DNA from: a virus
Lineage: Duplodnaviria > Caudoviricetes
Strand: one strand, 5' to 3'
Length of the DNA: 58,230 bases
IMG/VR virus record: IMGVR_UViG_3300009034_000044
Location: 1-58,230 of that record
In this document: positions 37,690-49,421 of the stretch, one piece after another
How positions within the stretch are numbered: position 1 is the first letter of the stretch
How the letters are laid out: the number at the start of each line of letters is the position of its first letter
The notes under the pieces: generated by a model
Databases searched by the model: none
Seen by the model: only the letters and a program-made list of their open reading frames with translations
What the model was told of the DNA's origin: nothing
Program-made: the position numbers and the translations under genes

Positions 37690-37947
37690 ATGTATATAGT
37701 GAAAAAAAGAAATGTCATTGTAGTGCATGATAAGAAATTTACTTATCATTTTATACTTAACAGTAAGAAATCAGATAACGGTTTTACTCATGGTTTTCTA
37801 CATGGTATAATAGACTATAAAAACAAGATATTCTATACCACTAAAGAAAATCACTTTTATAATAATGACATTATACGGAGGATGTACACAGTTGTAGAAT
37901 ATAACAAAATGAGATTGCTTGACCTATATAATAAAGGTTTAAAGTAG
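37690..37947 (+). CDS. Hypothetical protein
   Basis: GGAGG SD. Confidence 0.6.
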   Translation: MYIVKKRNVIVVHDKKFTYHFILNSKKSDNGFTHGFLHGIIDYKNKIFYTTKENHFYNNDIIRRMYTVVEYNKMRLLDLYNKGLK

Positions 37948-39134
37948 TGAAAATAACCTTTTGTCAATTCCATAACAACCTCATTAACGGAAGTTATCAA
38001 GATACTATAGCTGATAGATATTATAATGGTATGTATCAGTATAAGCACAATGATGGTTACTATAAAACCTCAGAGTTTTTTGAATTACCGTTATGGATAG
38101 CTGAAATTAATGGAAGTTTAACCAGTGGTTATGATACTGAATTATTAATAATTGATAACGTAGACAATGCCATAAATCGATTAAATAATAGTGGTAGTGA
38201 TTACATACTCTTTTCAGTATTGGATGTCAATAAAAGATATATTAAGGATATAATCAAAAGATATACTGGTAACGGTTTATTTTGTATTGGTGGCTATGTA
38301 GATTTTACATACTTCAACGGTTTATTGGTAAAGGTATTTAATACCGTTAAACAGTTTATTGAATCATTAGGTATAGAATACCACTATAACTTAGATTATA
38401 AGCTATTCAGAGGTTACAAGACAATACCACGTTTAACTTTAAGTTATGGATGCCTTAACAGATGTAAATTTTGTACCGTAGAAAAAACCATAACTGAGGT
38501 TACTATAGATAACATACTAAAACAAGTTAATGCATTTCATATACTTGATTTTAAATTGGTATATATAAATGATAAAACTTTTGGTCAAGCTAATAATTAC
38601 CATTTATTACATACATTATTTGAAATGATAAAAAGTTATAATAAAGAGTTTAAAGGTTTTATAATTCAAACTACATGTATACAGCTATTAGATATTAACT
38701 TTCAAAATATGCTCCATAGTGGTATTATATATGCTGTAGAAATTGGAATAGAAACATTTAACAATGACTTGTTATATAGTTTAGATAAACCTCAAACAGA
38801 AGATGTTATTATAGAAGCTATAGCAGTTTTAAAAGATAATAATGTCCATATCATACCTAACATTATAATAGGTATCATAAATGAAAATAGAGATACTTAT
38901 AATAAAACCCTTAACCTTATAAAACAGTATCAAGAGGATATATACTTTTTGAATATATATAATTTAGCTGTATATCTTGATACTCCACTTGCTAAGGACA
39001 TTAACGTACTAAACGACAATGACCTTAACGAAAACATAACCAATAAAAGTTTTTATACTGAAAAACAAATGGAAGATAACGAATACTTTTATAATGAAAT
39101 ATTTAAAATTGGTATAGAGATTTTAAACCGTTAA
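37947..39134 (+). CDS. Radical SAM enzyme with an N-terminal B12-binding-like domain
   Basis: RLTLSYGCLNRCKFC (CxxxCxxC), YINDKTF, IGIETF, NIIIGI; N-terminal FSVLD and IGG. Confidence 0.85.
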   Translation: MKITFCQFHNNLINGSYQDTIADRYYNGMYQYKHNDGYYKTSEFFELPLWIAEINGSLTSGYDTELLIIDNVDNAINRLNNSGSDYILFSVLDVNKRYIKDIIKRYTGNGLFCIGGYVDFTYFNGLLVKVFNTVKQFIESLGIEYHYNLDYKLFRGYKTIPRLTLSYGCLNRCKFCTVEKTITEVTIDNILKQVNAFHILDFKLVYINDKTFGQANNYHLLHTLFEMIKSYNKEFKGFIIQTTCIQLLDINFQNMLHSGIIYAVEIGIETFNNDLLYSLDKPQTEDVIIEAIAVLKDNNVHIIPNIIIGIINENRDTYNKTLNLIKQYQEDIYFLNIYNLAVYLDTPLAKDINVLNDNDLNENITNKSFYTEKQMEDNEYFYNEIFKIGIEILNR

Positions 39135-39149
39135 ACTTGAAATAGCAAG
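39131..39149 (+). repeat. 19-bp exact repeat, copy 1 (second copy at 42583-42601)
   Basis: TTAAACTTGAAATAGCAAG containing CTTG-N6-CAAG. Confidence 0.75.
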
Positions 39150-39268
39150 GACAAAATATAATTATGAAATTTTATTGTATTGCTAAAAATTCAATTATAA
39201 ATAAGAATAAAGCTATTAATTACTGTATTAAAATAAAGAAATGTAAAAATTGGAGGATAAAATAATAC

Positions 39269-39297
39269 TTGACAAAATGTTTAAAAAATGCTACATT
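39269..39297 (+). promoter_or_regulatory. Sigma70 promoter
   Basis: TTGACA-17-TACATT with TG, followed by AAAACT-ATG. Confidence 0.7.
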
Positions 39298-39303
39298 AAA
39301 ACT

Positions 39304-39429
39304 ATGATTAAAAAAATACTGAGGTTAGCAATAATAATTTTGATAGCTGTAACGGTTACAGTTTGCACTTTAACTGTAGAATCATATATAAGCTATAACA
39401 TTATTAAAGTAGATTTATTGGAACATTAA
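39304..39429 (+). CDS. 41-aa leaderless membrane peptide (not in ORF track)
   Basis: MIKKILRLAIIILIAVTVTVCTLTVESY...; ATG sits at the expected +1. Confidence 0.5.
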   Translation: MIKKILRLAIIILIAVTVTVCTLTVESYISYNIIKVDLLEH

Positions 39430-39431
39430 AA

Positions 39432-39710
39432 ATGAAAAGTTTTAAATTATATACAGAGCATAGAGATAACTTAATTGAGCTTGCAAGGTTTTATTTTAAT
39501 GAGTTTACAGTATATAATAAAACTGGTAATGATTCCATTGTTGGTTTATGGAATAATGAAATAGAGCAAACTTCCATAATAGAAATAATAATGAATGATA
39601 CTATAATTAATGAAAGTTTGATATGTAAGTTAATAAATGATATCAAAAGAGTAAATAATCAACAAATGGTATTACTAACTATAACAGATATGGAAGTTAT
39701 ATATGGATAA
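39432..39710 (+). CDS. Hypothetical protein (ferredoxin/PII-like fold)
   Basis: FTVY...GLW..EIEQTSIIEI...IKRVNNQQMVL. Confidence 0.55.
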   Translation: MKSFKLYTEHRDNLIELARFYFNEFTVYNKTGNDSIVGLWNNEIEQTSIIEIIMNDTIINESLICKLINDIKRVNNQQMVLLTITDMEVIYG

Positions 39711-40326
39711 CCTAATCAAAATATTTAATCAAGCTAACAGCTATGAAGTAGAAAAGGGTTTAACGTGGTATAGTGACGTTAATCAAACTTTAATAGAGCT
39801 TGCTAAAAAGTATGGCGTTAAACCTGAAATAGCACATGCAGTTTGTTCTGCATTATCGCCACGCTGTATATGGAATCAAAATTTGATAGATACTGAAAAG
39901 GTTTTAAGGTGGTATAAAGATAAAAAATCACTTAAACAAGGAATAGTAAATAAAACTTTACCATCTGTAACTACATATAAACGCAATCTTAAAAAAGCCA
40001 TAGATATATTAAAAACTGGTAACGTAGAAGTATTTAAAACTTGTAAAACTTTTAATTTCTTTAAAAATATAAGTGAACCATTTAATAATGATTATGTAAC
40101 GGTTGACGGTCACGCCATTAATGCTTACTATAATAAATTGGGTATTGTAGAAAATAAACATTTTACACCTAAATATTATAATGAGATAGCAACTAAATAT
40201 AAAAAAGGAGCTAAGAAATTTAATATATTAGCATGTCAATTTCAAGCTATAATCTGGTTAACATTTAAAAGAATACATAACATAAAAGTTAACTGGCGTG
40301 AATATCAAACCAATTTGCCATTTTAG
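39703..40326 (+). CDS. HhH-GPD-superfamily-like phage DNA-acting protein (DUF7178-like)
   Basis: GLTWY, SALSPR..W..N, KT.NF..NI, VTVDGHA, Y..IA, FQAIIW motifs. Confidence 0.65.
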   Translation: MDNLIKIFNQANSYEVEKGLTWYSDVNQTLIELAKKYGVKPEIAHAVCSALSPRCIWNQNLIDTEKVLRWYKDKKSLKQGIVNKTLPSVTTYKRNLKKAIDILKTGNVEVFKTCKTFNFFKNISEPFNNDYVTVDGHAINAYYNKLGIVENKHFTPKYYNEIATKYKKGAKKFNILACQFQAIIWLTFKRIHNIKVNWREYQTNLPF

Positions 40327-40586
40327 GAGATTTAAAATATGATAGAATCTATATTTAGTACGATTGGTTATTTAACATTAATAATATTTATATTTTACCT
40401 TGCTAATAATGGAGGATAAAATGAGATTAGTTATAGCTGAGTTTGATAGTAAAAAAGTTTTAATAGATAGAAAAATAACTATTAAAGAGGGTATCGAATT
40501 ACAGTTTCCTGTAAAACCTGAATCAATAAGAATTTGTTTTACTGATGAGAAAACTGTAGTATTGCTTTTAAAGAGTTAAAAAAAAC

Positions 40587-40615
40587 TTGACAAATATTTT
40601 TGAATCTGTTATATT
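40587..40615 (+). promoter_or_regulatory. Sigma70 promoter
   Basis: TTGACA-17-TATATT with TG, followed by AAAACT-ATG. Confidence 0.7.
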
Positions 40616-40621
40616 AAAACT

Positions 40622-41230
40622 ATGGAGGATAGGCACATGTTACAAGAAATCATAGAAACTATATCAAATGGACATGTACCGTCATATTGGATTAATAACT
40701 ATGGTGTACCCACTAAAGGTAATTGTAGAATAGCACATATTGAAAACTGGTTAAAAAAGTTTTCTATAGAAATTGTTAACCCTAACATGCGAAATAAAAT
40801 TAACCCATCTTATTGTGGCGGTGTAATATACTTACCTGAAATAAATTATGTACCGAACATAGAACAATATTATATTGGAGCTTTTCACGAAATTATTCAC
40901 TATATCGGTGACATGAAGCACGACATTTATTTTAAAAATGCATGGAGTAACGAAAGACAACATGCTCAAGAAGAAATAATAGCACAGATTGGAGCTTTAA
41001 TTTTAGTTAAGAAGTTTAATTTAAAATTACAAAAAGAAACTTTAATAAATGAATATGCTTATCTTAAATTGTATCTCAAAAAATATACCTTACCCAATCT
41101 AAAGCAATATTTATTTTTTGATAGAGATGGGAACGAATATTATATAGAAGACTTAAGAAAATGTTATAGCATAGCTCTTGAGAGAATAAATTATATTATC
41201 CTTAATCAAGATACGGTGACATATACATGA
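40622..41230 (+). CDS. ArdC-like / polyvalent zincin metallopeptidase (anti-restriction candidate)
   Basis: IYLP...YY..AFHEIIHY.G...AQEEIIAQIGA...AYL..Y. Confidence 0.65.
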   Translation: MEDRHMLQEIIETISNGHVPSYWINNYGVPTKGNCRIAHIENWLKKFSIEIVNPNMRNKINPSYCGGVIYLPEINYVPNIEQYYIGAFHEIIHYIGDMKHDIYFKNAWSNERQHAQEEIIAQIGALILVKKFNLKLQKETLINEYAYLKLYLKKYTLPNLKQYLFFDRDGNEYYIEDLRKCYSIALERINYIILNQDTVTYT

Positions 41231-42614
41231 TATGGAAAATTTTAACAATACATTTATTGATATTGCTATCCTTAGCAATCTTTATAGTATATCAAGAAGT
41301 TAAAGAAGATGATATGCATAAATGTAAGCAATCTGGTATTGAAGAATTTTGGAGTAATACGTTAAACCAAACTAAGGAGGGTAAAACTTTTTTCTATAAT
41401 GGATTTGAAATCATACCACGTTTAGACGGTGGTATAACAATTAGAAAGGAGAAGTAAATGAGAAGAACAGTAACAATAAAAGTTTATATTAAGTTTGAAG
41501 GTATATTACCACACTGGACTGAAAAAGATTTTAAAAACTACATAGAAGAAGTTCTTGAATTAGATAATGGAGATTGTATTACAAAACTTGAAATTGTAGC
41601 AGATGCTAAAGAGGATTAATTATGAAAAAAAATACATTCATATTAATAGATTTCAGAAAAGAATTTTTATCACCTATAGAATATAGCATTACAAAATGTT
41701 TTAAGATAGTGAGTGTTACTAATTCTATAGGTTGGATAGTTGGCGATTTTTTAACAGAAATGGAGGTTAATACCCTCAACTGTAATCAAGATATAACAAT
41801 TAAAATAATCGACAGACCTAAGTTAAGGTTGGGTTAAGGAAATAAAAAATGTTATACAATGAAGATAATATAGACAATGTGTATGACACCTACACTGAAA
41901 GAATACTATTATCAGAAGATTACCAGAACTGTATTTACAGAGACAAAAGAGGTAATTGTTACTTTGAAGGTACAAGGTGTTGGCATGTATGGACATGTCC
42001 AATAGGATATGAAAGAAAAAAGGAGACTAAACAATGAAAAGAAAAGATGAAAAGAAAAGCGTAGTATTACATTACAATGATAGGGGTTATGATTGCAAAG
42101 TGGAGGTTATTTTTTATAAACGTGGTGCTGTGGCATTAACTGATTATACTTTTGGTGGAGATAGTTTTATATACCTTTATCCTAAACAAGCAAAGGAGTT
42201 AAGAAATTTATTAAAGGTGACAGAATAAGGAGGATTAAATGAAAACAGCAACAGATAAACTTGTAAATCTATTAATTAAAACAAGGAATCGGTTAATAGA
42301 AAAATATCCTGCACGTCATTATGCTCATGTTCAGGTATGGGCTAAGTTTTGGAATCTGGTAAGATGTGTAGAAGAAATAGAAAGAATTAATATTAATTGG
42401 GATAAGGAGATTAAATGAAAAAAGAAAAACATAAATTAATTATAATATCTTTGCATGATGCTCAAGCTACATGTTCTTGTGGACATTGGTATCTATGCCA
42501 TACAGGTGAACTAACAAAAGAAGAAATAAAATTACAACATGAAATTCACAAGGGAGGAGGTTATTTAAAGCCACTCTTTTAATTAAACTTGAAATAGCAA
42601 GCTAAAAAAAGGGG

Positions 42615-42643
42615 TTGACATTTTAAATGAAATATGCTATACT
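42615..42643 (+). promoter_or_regulatory. Sigma70 promoter
   Basis: TTGACA-17-TATACT with TG; the 19-bp repeat ends 13 bp upstream. Confidence 0.75.
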
Positions 42644-42867
42644 CTAAAAAGGAGGACAGGAAAAATGAAGAAAAGAACTAAAAGTTTTAATCTAAAAGGA
42701 CTGAGGGTGATAATTAGAAGGAGTGACTTCAATCAACATGGAGCAACTATTGGGTCTGGTGGTACACTATATGATTATATTGCAAATCAGTTTAAAATTA
42801 ATCCTACTATAGATGATGATATAGAAATAATAATTACTAAAGCTGAAATAGTTTAAAAGGAGAAAAA

Positions 42868-43230
42868 ATGAGTAAAGAAAAAACAGATAACGAACTTTGG
42901 TATTCAACATATAAAAGATATTCAAAGCTACTTGAAATAGCTAACTTGCTACGCCTTGCAATAAGTGAAGATGGTTGTGAAACTTTAAATGTTCCTTCTT
43001 GTGAGTTTTGTAAAAAGTACGATTGCTGTGATTTTAATTCAAAAGGCAATAGCAAGAAAACGTGTCCCATAGAAAAAGAATGGGGTAGATGTGGGGATGA
43101 ACACTCTCTATGGAATGGTATATATAATGCAGTAGATACATTACAATTAAAAATAGCAATATGTAAGCAATATGTACTACAAAAGCATATTATAAACATA
43201 AGATACGAAAAGGTAAAAAGAAATGAGTAG
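42868..43230 (+). CDS. Cys-rich protein (paralog 1)
   Basis: CEFC...CC...TCPI...C. Confidence 0.6.
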   Translation: MSKEKTDNELWYSTYKRYSKLLEIANLLRLAISEDGCETLNVPSCEFCKKYDCCDFNSKGNSKKTCPIEKEWGRCGDEHSLWNGIYNAVDTLQLKIAICKQYVLQKHIINIRYEKVKRNE

Positions 43231-43939
43231 AGATTATACATTAAGATTTGTTCAAAGCAGAATGGACAGAGCAAAGATAGGAAAGAGAGCAAGAGTTAAG
43301 GGATTCAGGACAATAAAACCTATAAAGGTTTATAAGAAGAAAGGAGGATAAGTACAATGCCAAAAGAACTTCAAGAACTTTGGTCGAGTGGTCTTACCTC
43401 ACGTTATGAATGTGAAGAATGTGCTGAATGTCCACACTTCGATGGCGAGTGTACTTTAGGATATTGTAGATATGTAAAAAGACACCCCATTGCATTAGAT
43501 GATGATGAAGCCTATGATTTAAATGACGTAGACAAAAAGAAAAGGTACGATAAAAAATATTACAGAGAACATAAGGGAAGAAAGGAGTAAACGTGGGCAG
43601 ACCAAAAGGCTCGAAAAACAAAAAGAAAGTTAATTCAGAAATTCATGTGACTGAGGACAAAACTAAGGTACAAGGTAGGTTTGATAAAGTTAATGATAAG
43701 GTAATTCTATATTGCTTCAAGGAAGATAACTGGAAAAATTTAGAAGTCTGTAATGCTTTTTGTTCTGCAAGTAAGAAAAATAAATGTTCTTCATATAGAC
43801 TATTGCAAGGCAATCCAATTAGAGTTAGGAAAACCAAAAGAGAAATGGATATAGAGAGAGATATAGAAAAAGACTGTGAAGGTACAAAAGGACAAGATAG
43901 GGAAAATTATATAATAGAAACAGGAGGAAGGAGAATAAT

Positions 43940-44308
43940 ATGAGAAAGACATATAAATGGTTTAAAATTAAAACAGAAAAAGGAGTAGTAAAGTATGAGA
44001 GCATAAGACGTGCAGAAAATTTAAAAGAAGCGTGGGATAAGACTTTAAAGAAGTGGAGATTAAATGCTAAAGGTTATCAACCAATAGATTGCGTTACTAC
44101 TTGTGGTTTATGTAATATATTCTTTTCGGATTGTATAGATTGTCCTATTCAGGTTGATACTGGTCAAATAGTATGTAAAGCAAATACATATTATAATAAA
44201 TGGTGTGATGCATGGAAGAAAGTTCCCTCTAATCGTAGAGGGATGATAAATTGTGCAAAATTGGAATTAAGCTATCTTGAAAATTTAAAAAGAAAGGAGA
44301 AAAAATAA
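43940..44308 (+). CDS. Cys-rich protein (paralog 2)
   Basis: CGLC...CIDCPI...C. Confidence 0.6.
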   Translation: MRKTYKWFKIKTEKGVVKYESIRRAENLKEAWDKTLKKWRLNAKGYQPIDCVTTCGLCNIFFSDCIDCPIQVDTGQIVCKANTYYNKWCDAWKKVPSNRRGMINCAKLELSYLENLKRKEKK

Positions 44309-47300
44309 TGAATGAAAAAACCAGTAATCAAGTTTCTATATGGAACGCTAATCATCCTTCCAGAATGACAGCAATATATATATTGGAAACGCTTATGGAT
44401 GAAGGCTGTATTCCAGACATTAAGGGAATGGCATGGTATAAGGCAGAAGATATAATAACAGAAATAGTTGAGGCAAGAAAAGAAAATGTCAAATCATAAT
44501 CATAACCACAAATTTAATTTGAAAGAAACAGTTACAGTTTTAGGTATAGTTATAGTGTTAATGTTATTTGCTATGGCTTCTAATTGCATGGAAAATATAA
44601 ACTATTTCAAGGGAGGGTAATGTGGAAAATAAAATTATTATAAATATAAGAGTGGAATATATAGGTAAGGGTAAAGAAGCGTTTCCTGAAATAGATGATT
44701 TTTTTTCTAAACTCAAAGAAATGGATAAAATAGAAAAAGTTAATATTACTCTTGGTGATTATGCAATTACAAAAATAAAAAAGTAGAAAGGAGGTAATTA
44801 AATAATGGCTATTATAGGTTGTCTATTGATAGGTGCAGGGATAATAAAGAACAATACATCCCTTACAATAGTAGGAATAATTTGTATAGCTCTTGAGTTA
44901 GTACATGAGGGGATAATAAAATGAAAAGAGAAAATCAGGTTTTCAAGGGAAAGTTAAAAGACAAAGAACTATATTTAATAGAAGATGCTCTTGTTTGTCT
45001 TAAGGAAAAATATGAAGACATCACAGCTAACAACAAAAAGATAAAAAATATTGAAAGATTAATTCTCAAATTATACGAAAACTTTTCAGAAGTATATGCA
45101 AAAAAATTAAAGTAAGGAAGGTTAAAGTATGGCAGAGAAATATAATAAGAAAATAATAATTCAAAAGGTTGTATCTCATGTATGTGCCGATGCTATTGCA
45201 GAGATAGGAAATAGCCATCTTACATTTTTGGTTAGGCAGTATCTTCTATTAAAGGTAGATGCTAATGCTGTTGACATAGACAAGATTCTTCCATCGGAAA
45301 TGTTAGAAGCCAGAGATAACTTAGTTACAAAGTTGAAAAGTATGGTACTTCCAACAAAACAAAAGGAGGAATAATGTATAGTGTATTTGTATATGAGATT
45401 CATGAGTATCTGGACTTAGAGGGAGAACAAGCTATAATTAAATGGTTTATGACATTACTGTATGATGATGATGGTTACTTCCGCTATATAAGCACTCTCC
45501 GTAGGGAGATATCTGAGTATCCATTACAATTTGATATTATAGAGTATAATGAATTTAGTGACCGATATCAATTCCATCTTGGTTGGTATGGTATGGTAGA
45601 GGCAGACCATTTGAGAACAAAAATTTATAAGGATGGTAAACTTATTTGTGAAGAAGATACCATACCTGAAAGGAGATAAGAATGAAGACAAGAATATTCA
45701 ATAAAGAACTTTTAGTAACTGCAAAGGAATTTCATTTTCTTTCAATCGGAAACTATATAGTTTATTATGCTATTAAGGATGGTTATCATGTAATAGTTAT
45801 GGCAACAGAAAAAATAAAATAAGGAGGATGTCCTAATGAGAGTAAAAATAGTAGAAGAAGAACTTGGAGGTTTTAAACCAATAACGCTTTCTCTAACATT
45901 TGAAACACAAGAAGAAGTAGATAGATTCTATGCTGTATGTAATTTCAGTCCACTCTCCCCTTACTTTGTAGGACACGATGAAATTAGGGATGCAATAAGA
46001 GCTTACTTTCCAAAAAAAGTTATAAATGGTTGGAATTACTATCCTGCTAATTCTTATCATGATGAAATAGTAAAACATGTTAGACAATATTATGGAAGGG
46101 AGAAATAAATATGTATATTAGGAGAGATACTTTACAAATCGAACAAGGATACTATGAAGTATGGCGAAAGGAATTTCACATTGCAAAAGCAGACATATAT
46201 ATTGTGGGTTCTTATAGATATTCTAACTTCACAAGTAGTTATTATGCTATAGTTACAGTTACAATTATCGAAGAAAGTGGTGGTGGCTCTGGAACAATAA
46301 TAGCTACGGACAGTTTTACTTTTTCTGATGGTGCAGAACAATGGTTATGGAATTTATATAATGATAAGGAGAAATAATGGAAACAAGAAAAAAATATTTA
46401 GTTATTGACAGAAATGAAGATTTCCACACAGTATTATTGAATGACAATGAATACGAACAATTTATAGAAGATTCTTGGGACTTTCATGGAGAAACACCAC
46501 CAATATTATTACTGGCAAAAGATGTAGCAAAAGTATTAAAGGGTAAACCAAAACAAATAGGCATTGAGGAGGATTAATGGAAATAGGTATGGTTATTCTG
46601 GTAGGTATATTATTATTGAGTATGTTGCTTTACAAAATAGGAGGATTATGAAATGAAATTTGTGGATAAAATAGATACCTTAGCTCATGAAAAAAGATTG
46701 ATAGGATTTACACTTACCGTTGAAGAAGCAGAAGATTTACTTGAATTGTATGATATTTTTAGTAAGCGGTATTACGAAAAGCAAACTCATGGTGCTATAA
46801 CTCCCACACAAGAAGAAATCTACAGAAGAATAAATAAATTAATTGAAGACACTACTGATTATCTTGTAGATTCTATCGGATAAGGAGGTAAGTAAAATGA
46901 AAGATGGTTTATATCTACAAAGGGATGAGGTTGCTATCTATAAAGATGGAAAACTTCATGCAATTACCAGAGTAGTCGGAGAGACAGTAGAGTTTCTTAA
47001 GTTACTTAAAAAGTTTTTTCCTAATAGTAACATTACTGTATTGTCTTTTGAGCATACAGATGAAGGTAAAGTAAACAAAGACTATCCATTGGAGGGATAA
47101 AATGACAAAGAAGAAAAAAGAAGGAAAGAAAGAGTATATTGTAGTAGACTTGGAAGGAGAAAATATTTACAAAAATCTAACTAAAGAAGAATTAATTCAG
47201 ACATTGGAAAAAATAAAACAAGAATATATACTTGATGCTGATTCAGACAAAAAAACAATTGATAGATTAAACCAAGAATTAAAAAAAGAATCAATACTGG

Positions 47301-47344
47301 TTATAAAGGGAAAGGTAATAAAAGTAATTGTTGACCAGCAACCT

Positions 47345-47830
47345 CTAACAGTTATCGAGTTTGCTTAAATGTTTTGGTCTTTTGGGAGCAGTTATGTTTA
47401 ATTCTTTTAGTTTTGATAATAACTGTTCCTCTATTTTTTTATATTTCAATTCAATATTAGTAGCAGAAGATTTACTTTCTTTATTTAATTTATTAAATTT
47501 TTCCATTCCTATTTTTGCCACAATTAAACTCAATAAAGTTTCAGGTTCTTTCCTTAATCTCCAATGATGGCAATAGTAACATAGTTTCATTCCATTGTCA
47601 GGATTCCATCTTACATTCTTACCTTTATGAAATATATGGTGTGCATCCATCTTTCCTTCTATCTTCTTACACCATTGACATCCTTCATCCCTTACATGGA
47701 TAAGTAATTTCCACAATTTATCGAGCCACTTCTCATAAACCTGTTTTAAGCTCTTAACATTATTAACTTTACCTCTTTTACTAACAATAACTAATTCTTC
47801 AAGAGCTTTTTTTAATTTACTTTTTACCAT
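47345..47830 (-). CDS. NinG/HNH-like endonuclease
   Basis: VRDEGCQWC...DAHHI...RWNPDNG..LCYYCH. Confidence 0.75.
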   Translation of the reverse strand: MVKSKLKKALEELVIVSKRGKVNNVKSLKQVYEKWLDKLWKLLIHVRDEGCQWCKKIEGKMDAHHIFHKGKNVRWNPDNGMKLCYYCHHWRLRKEPETLLSLIVAKIGMEKFNKLNKESKSSATNIELKYKKIEEQLLSKLKELNITAPKRPKHLSKLDNC

Positions 47831-48318
47831 ATACAGAGTTTTTTCTCCAATTTATAGGCTATTGTTTCGTGAATAACTCTATCTTCAATCCCCTTTAGGA
47901 ACACTATAACATGAACAAGTTCGTGGGTTAGGGTAGAATTTTCATATACATCTTGAGATACATGTATTTTAAATGGAACAGAATAATAAGATTTCATCCT
48001 CCATGTACAGCCCACTATTCCCTGAACATTACCACAAACAAGAGCAATGATTATTTGAAAATTATATACATGTATTGTCACTACGTTTTTTTGGACAGGT
48101 TTATATTTAAGGTACTTAGCTATTTCTTTCATGCACCTATCTACCCTATCTTCGATTATAGTAACTGTTTTTTCTGTGCCTTTTGCTCCTTTGATGGTAG
48201 CATAGTCAGTATATATATTTTCTGCTTGAACATTAGATATTAATATAGATAATAAAATAAGAATTGAACAGAAAACATAAAATCCTTTCCTTGTATATTT
48301 TGGTATAAAATTTTTCAT
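47824..48318 (-). CDS. Secreted/membrane-anchored zincin
   Basis: N-terminal signal/TM; TLTHELVH...HE. Confidence 0.55.
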   Translation of the reverse strand: MKNFIPKYTRKGFYVFCSILILLSILISNVQAENIYTDYATIKGAKGTEKTVTIIEDRVDRCMKEIAKYLKYKPVQKNVVTIHVYNFQIIIALVCGNVQGIVGCTWRMKSYYSVPFKIHVSQDVYENSTLTHELVHVIVFLKGIEDRVIHETIAYKLEKKLCIW

Positions 48319-48906
48319 CTATGCCTCCTTAATTAATATTTCCAATTCATTTACCTTTTTGATAATTTCATCAACATTATAAATATCATTTCCTATAATA
48401 ACCAAATTGAAAAGTTCATTAAGTAATTTTAATGCATTAGCTTTATCAAATTCAGTAAACATAATTAATTCCTTATACCTATTACCTTTGCTGTGTCTAT
48501 GAAGTCAAGAGAATGTCCCTTATATGTAGCTTGTACATTTCCAAAATTACCATACCACCATAATCCCTGTCTTGTAAAAGCAGATTCCATATCTTCCCAT
48601 AAATCTTCTACAATATCAGCGTCAAATTCAATATATATTTCATTACCATTTAATAAAATAAATGTAAAAGTTTCTCTTTCTATAGCCATCACTAAATCTC
48701 CTTAAGTTTTTTAATTATATTTTTTCGGACTTCCATCACATCTGTATTTATATAAATAGTATCACCATCTATTTCTACTGATTTAATATCAACAGCAAAT
48801 CCTTCAGAATCAACCCATACTCTAATTGGCAAGTCCCTTACACCTACAGATACGGTTTCAAGTAACTCTTGAAATTCACCAACAGTAATTATTGCTCCTT
48901 TTGTTT

Positions 48907-49368
48907 TCATACTAACCCCCTTGTTGATTTAATAAGTTTCTCTAAGTATTCTTCTGCTCCTTCTTCTGTTTTAAAAACAACATGAGAGGCTTCTAAGGGA
49001 AAGCAATGCTGGTGGATGTTATTATCTTCCATAGCAAGAATAATATGCTTACCAAAAATAGCTGCTGCTGTTATTTCTGATACACATCCAATAGAAACTT
49101 CATCAGCTTCCATTAGATTACAGTAAACAATATCTGTTATTCTAACCATCCAGATATCTCTACCAAAAATAGCATGATTAGTAGAACAGGGAACATTATC
49201 ATATCCTACAGATTTAAACTCTTTCTCACATCTTAATTCTTCTTTTCCTACCATTGGATGTAGAGTTTCCACTCCTAATGCAGCAAATTTCTTAGTAATT
49301 CTTTTGTAGTATTTTACCACTTCATTAAAACTTCTACCTGAGATGGGTCTGGCAAAATAAATTTTCAT
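48907..49368 (-). CDS. Nucleoside 2-deoxyribosyltransferase-like / nucleotide N-hydrolase
   Basis: KIYFARPISG, IFGRDIWMV...DIV, SIGCVSEI.AA. Confidence 0.7.
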   Translation of the reverse strand: MKIYFARPISGRSFNEVVKYYKRITKKFAALGVETLHPMVGKEELRCEKEFKSVGYDNVPCSTNHAIFGRDIWMVRITDIVYCNLMEADEVSIGCVSEITAAAIFGKHIILAMEDNNIHQHCFPLEASHVVFKTEEGAEEYLEKLIKSTRGLV

Positions 49369-49421
49369 TTTACTTACCTCCTATCTCCTTTAACTTCTCT
49401 TTAATTTCCTCCCCAATCATA

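Larger units (their letters stand above)
41227..47368 (+). other. Array of ~25-30 small early hypothetical genes
   Basis: Tightly packed 40-125 aa ORFs, most with GGAGG/AGGAG SD; several Cys-rich or TM. Confidence 0.75.

Noticed and set aside
42583-42614. GAAATAGCAAGCTAAAAAAAGG resembling the Cas9 sgRNA/tracrRNA scaffold
   Set aside because: Short AT-rich match without nexus or terminal hairpins; the other copy diverges immediately; likely coincidence.
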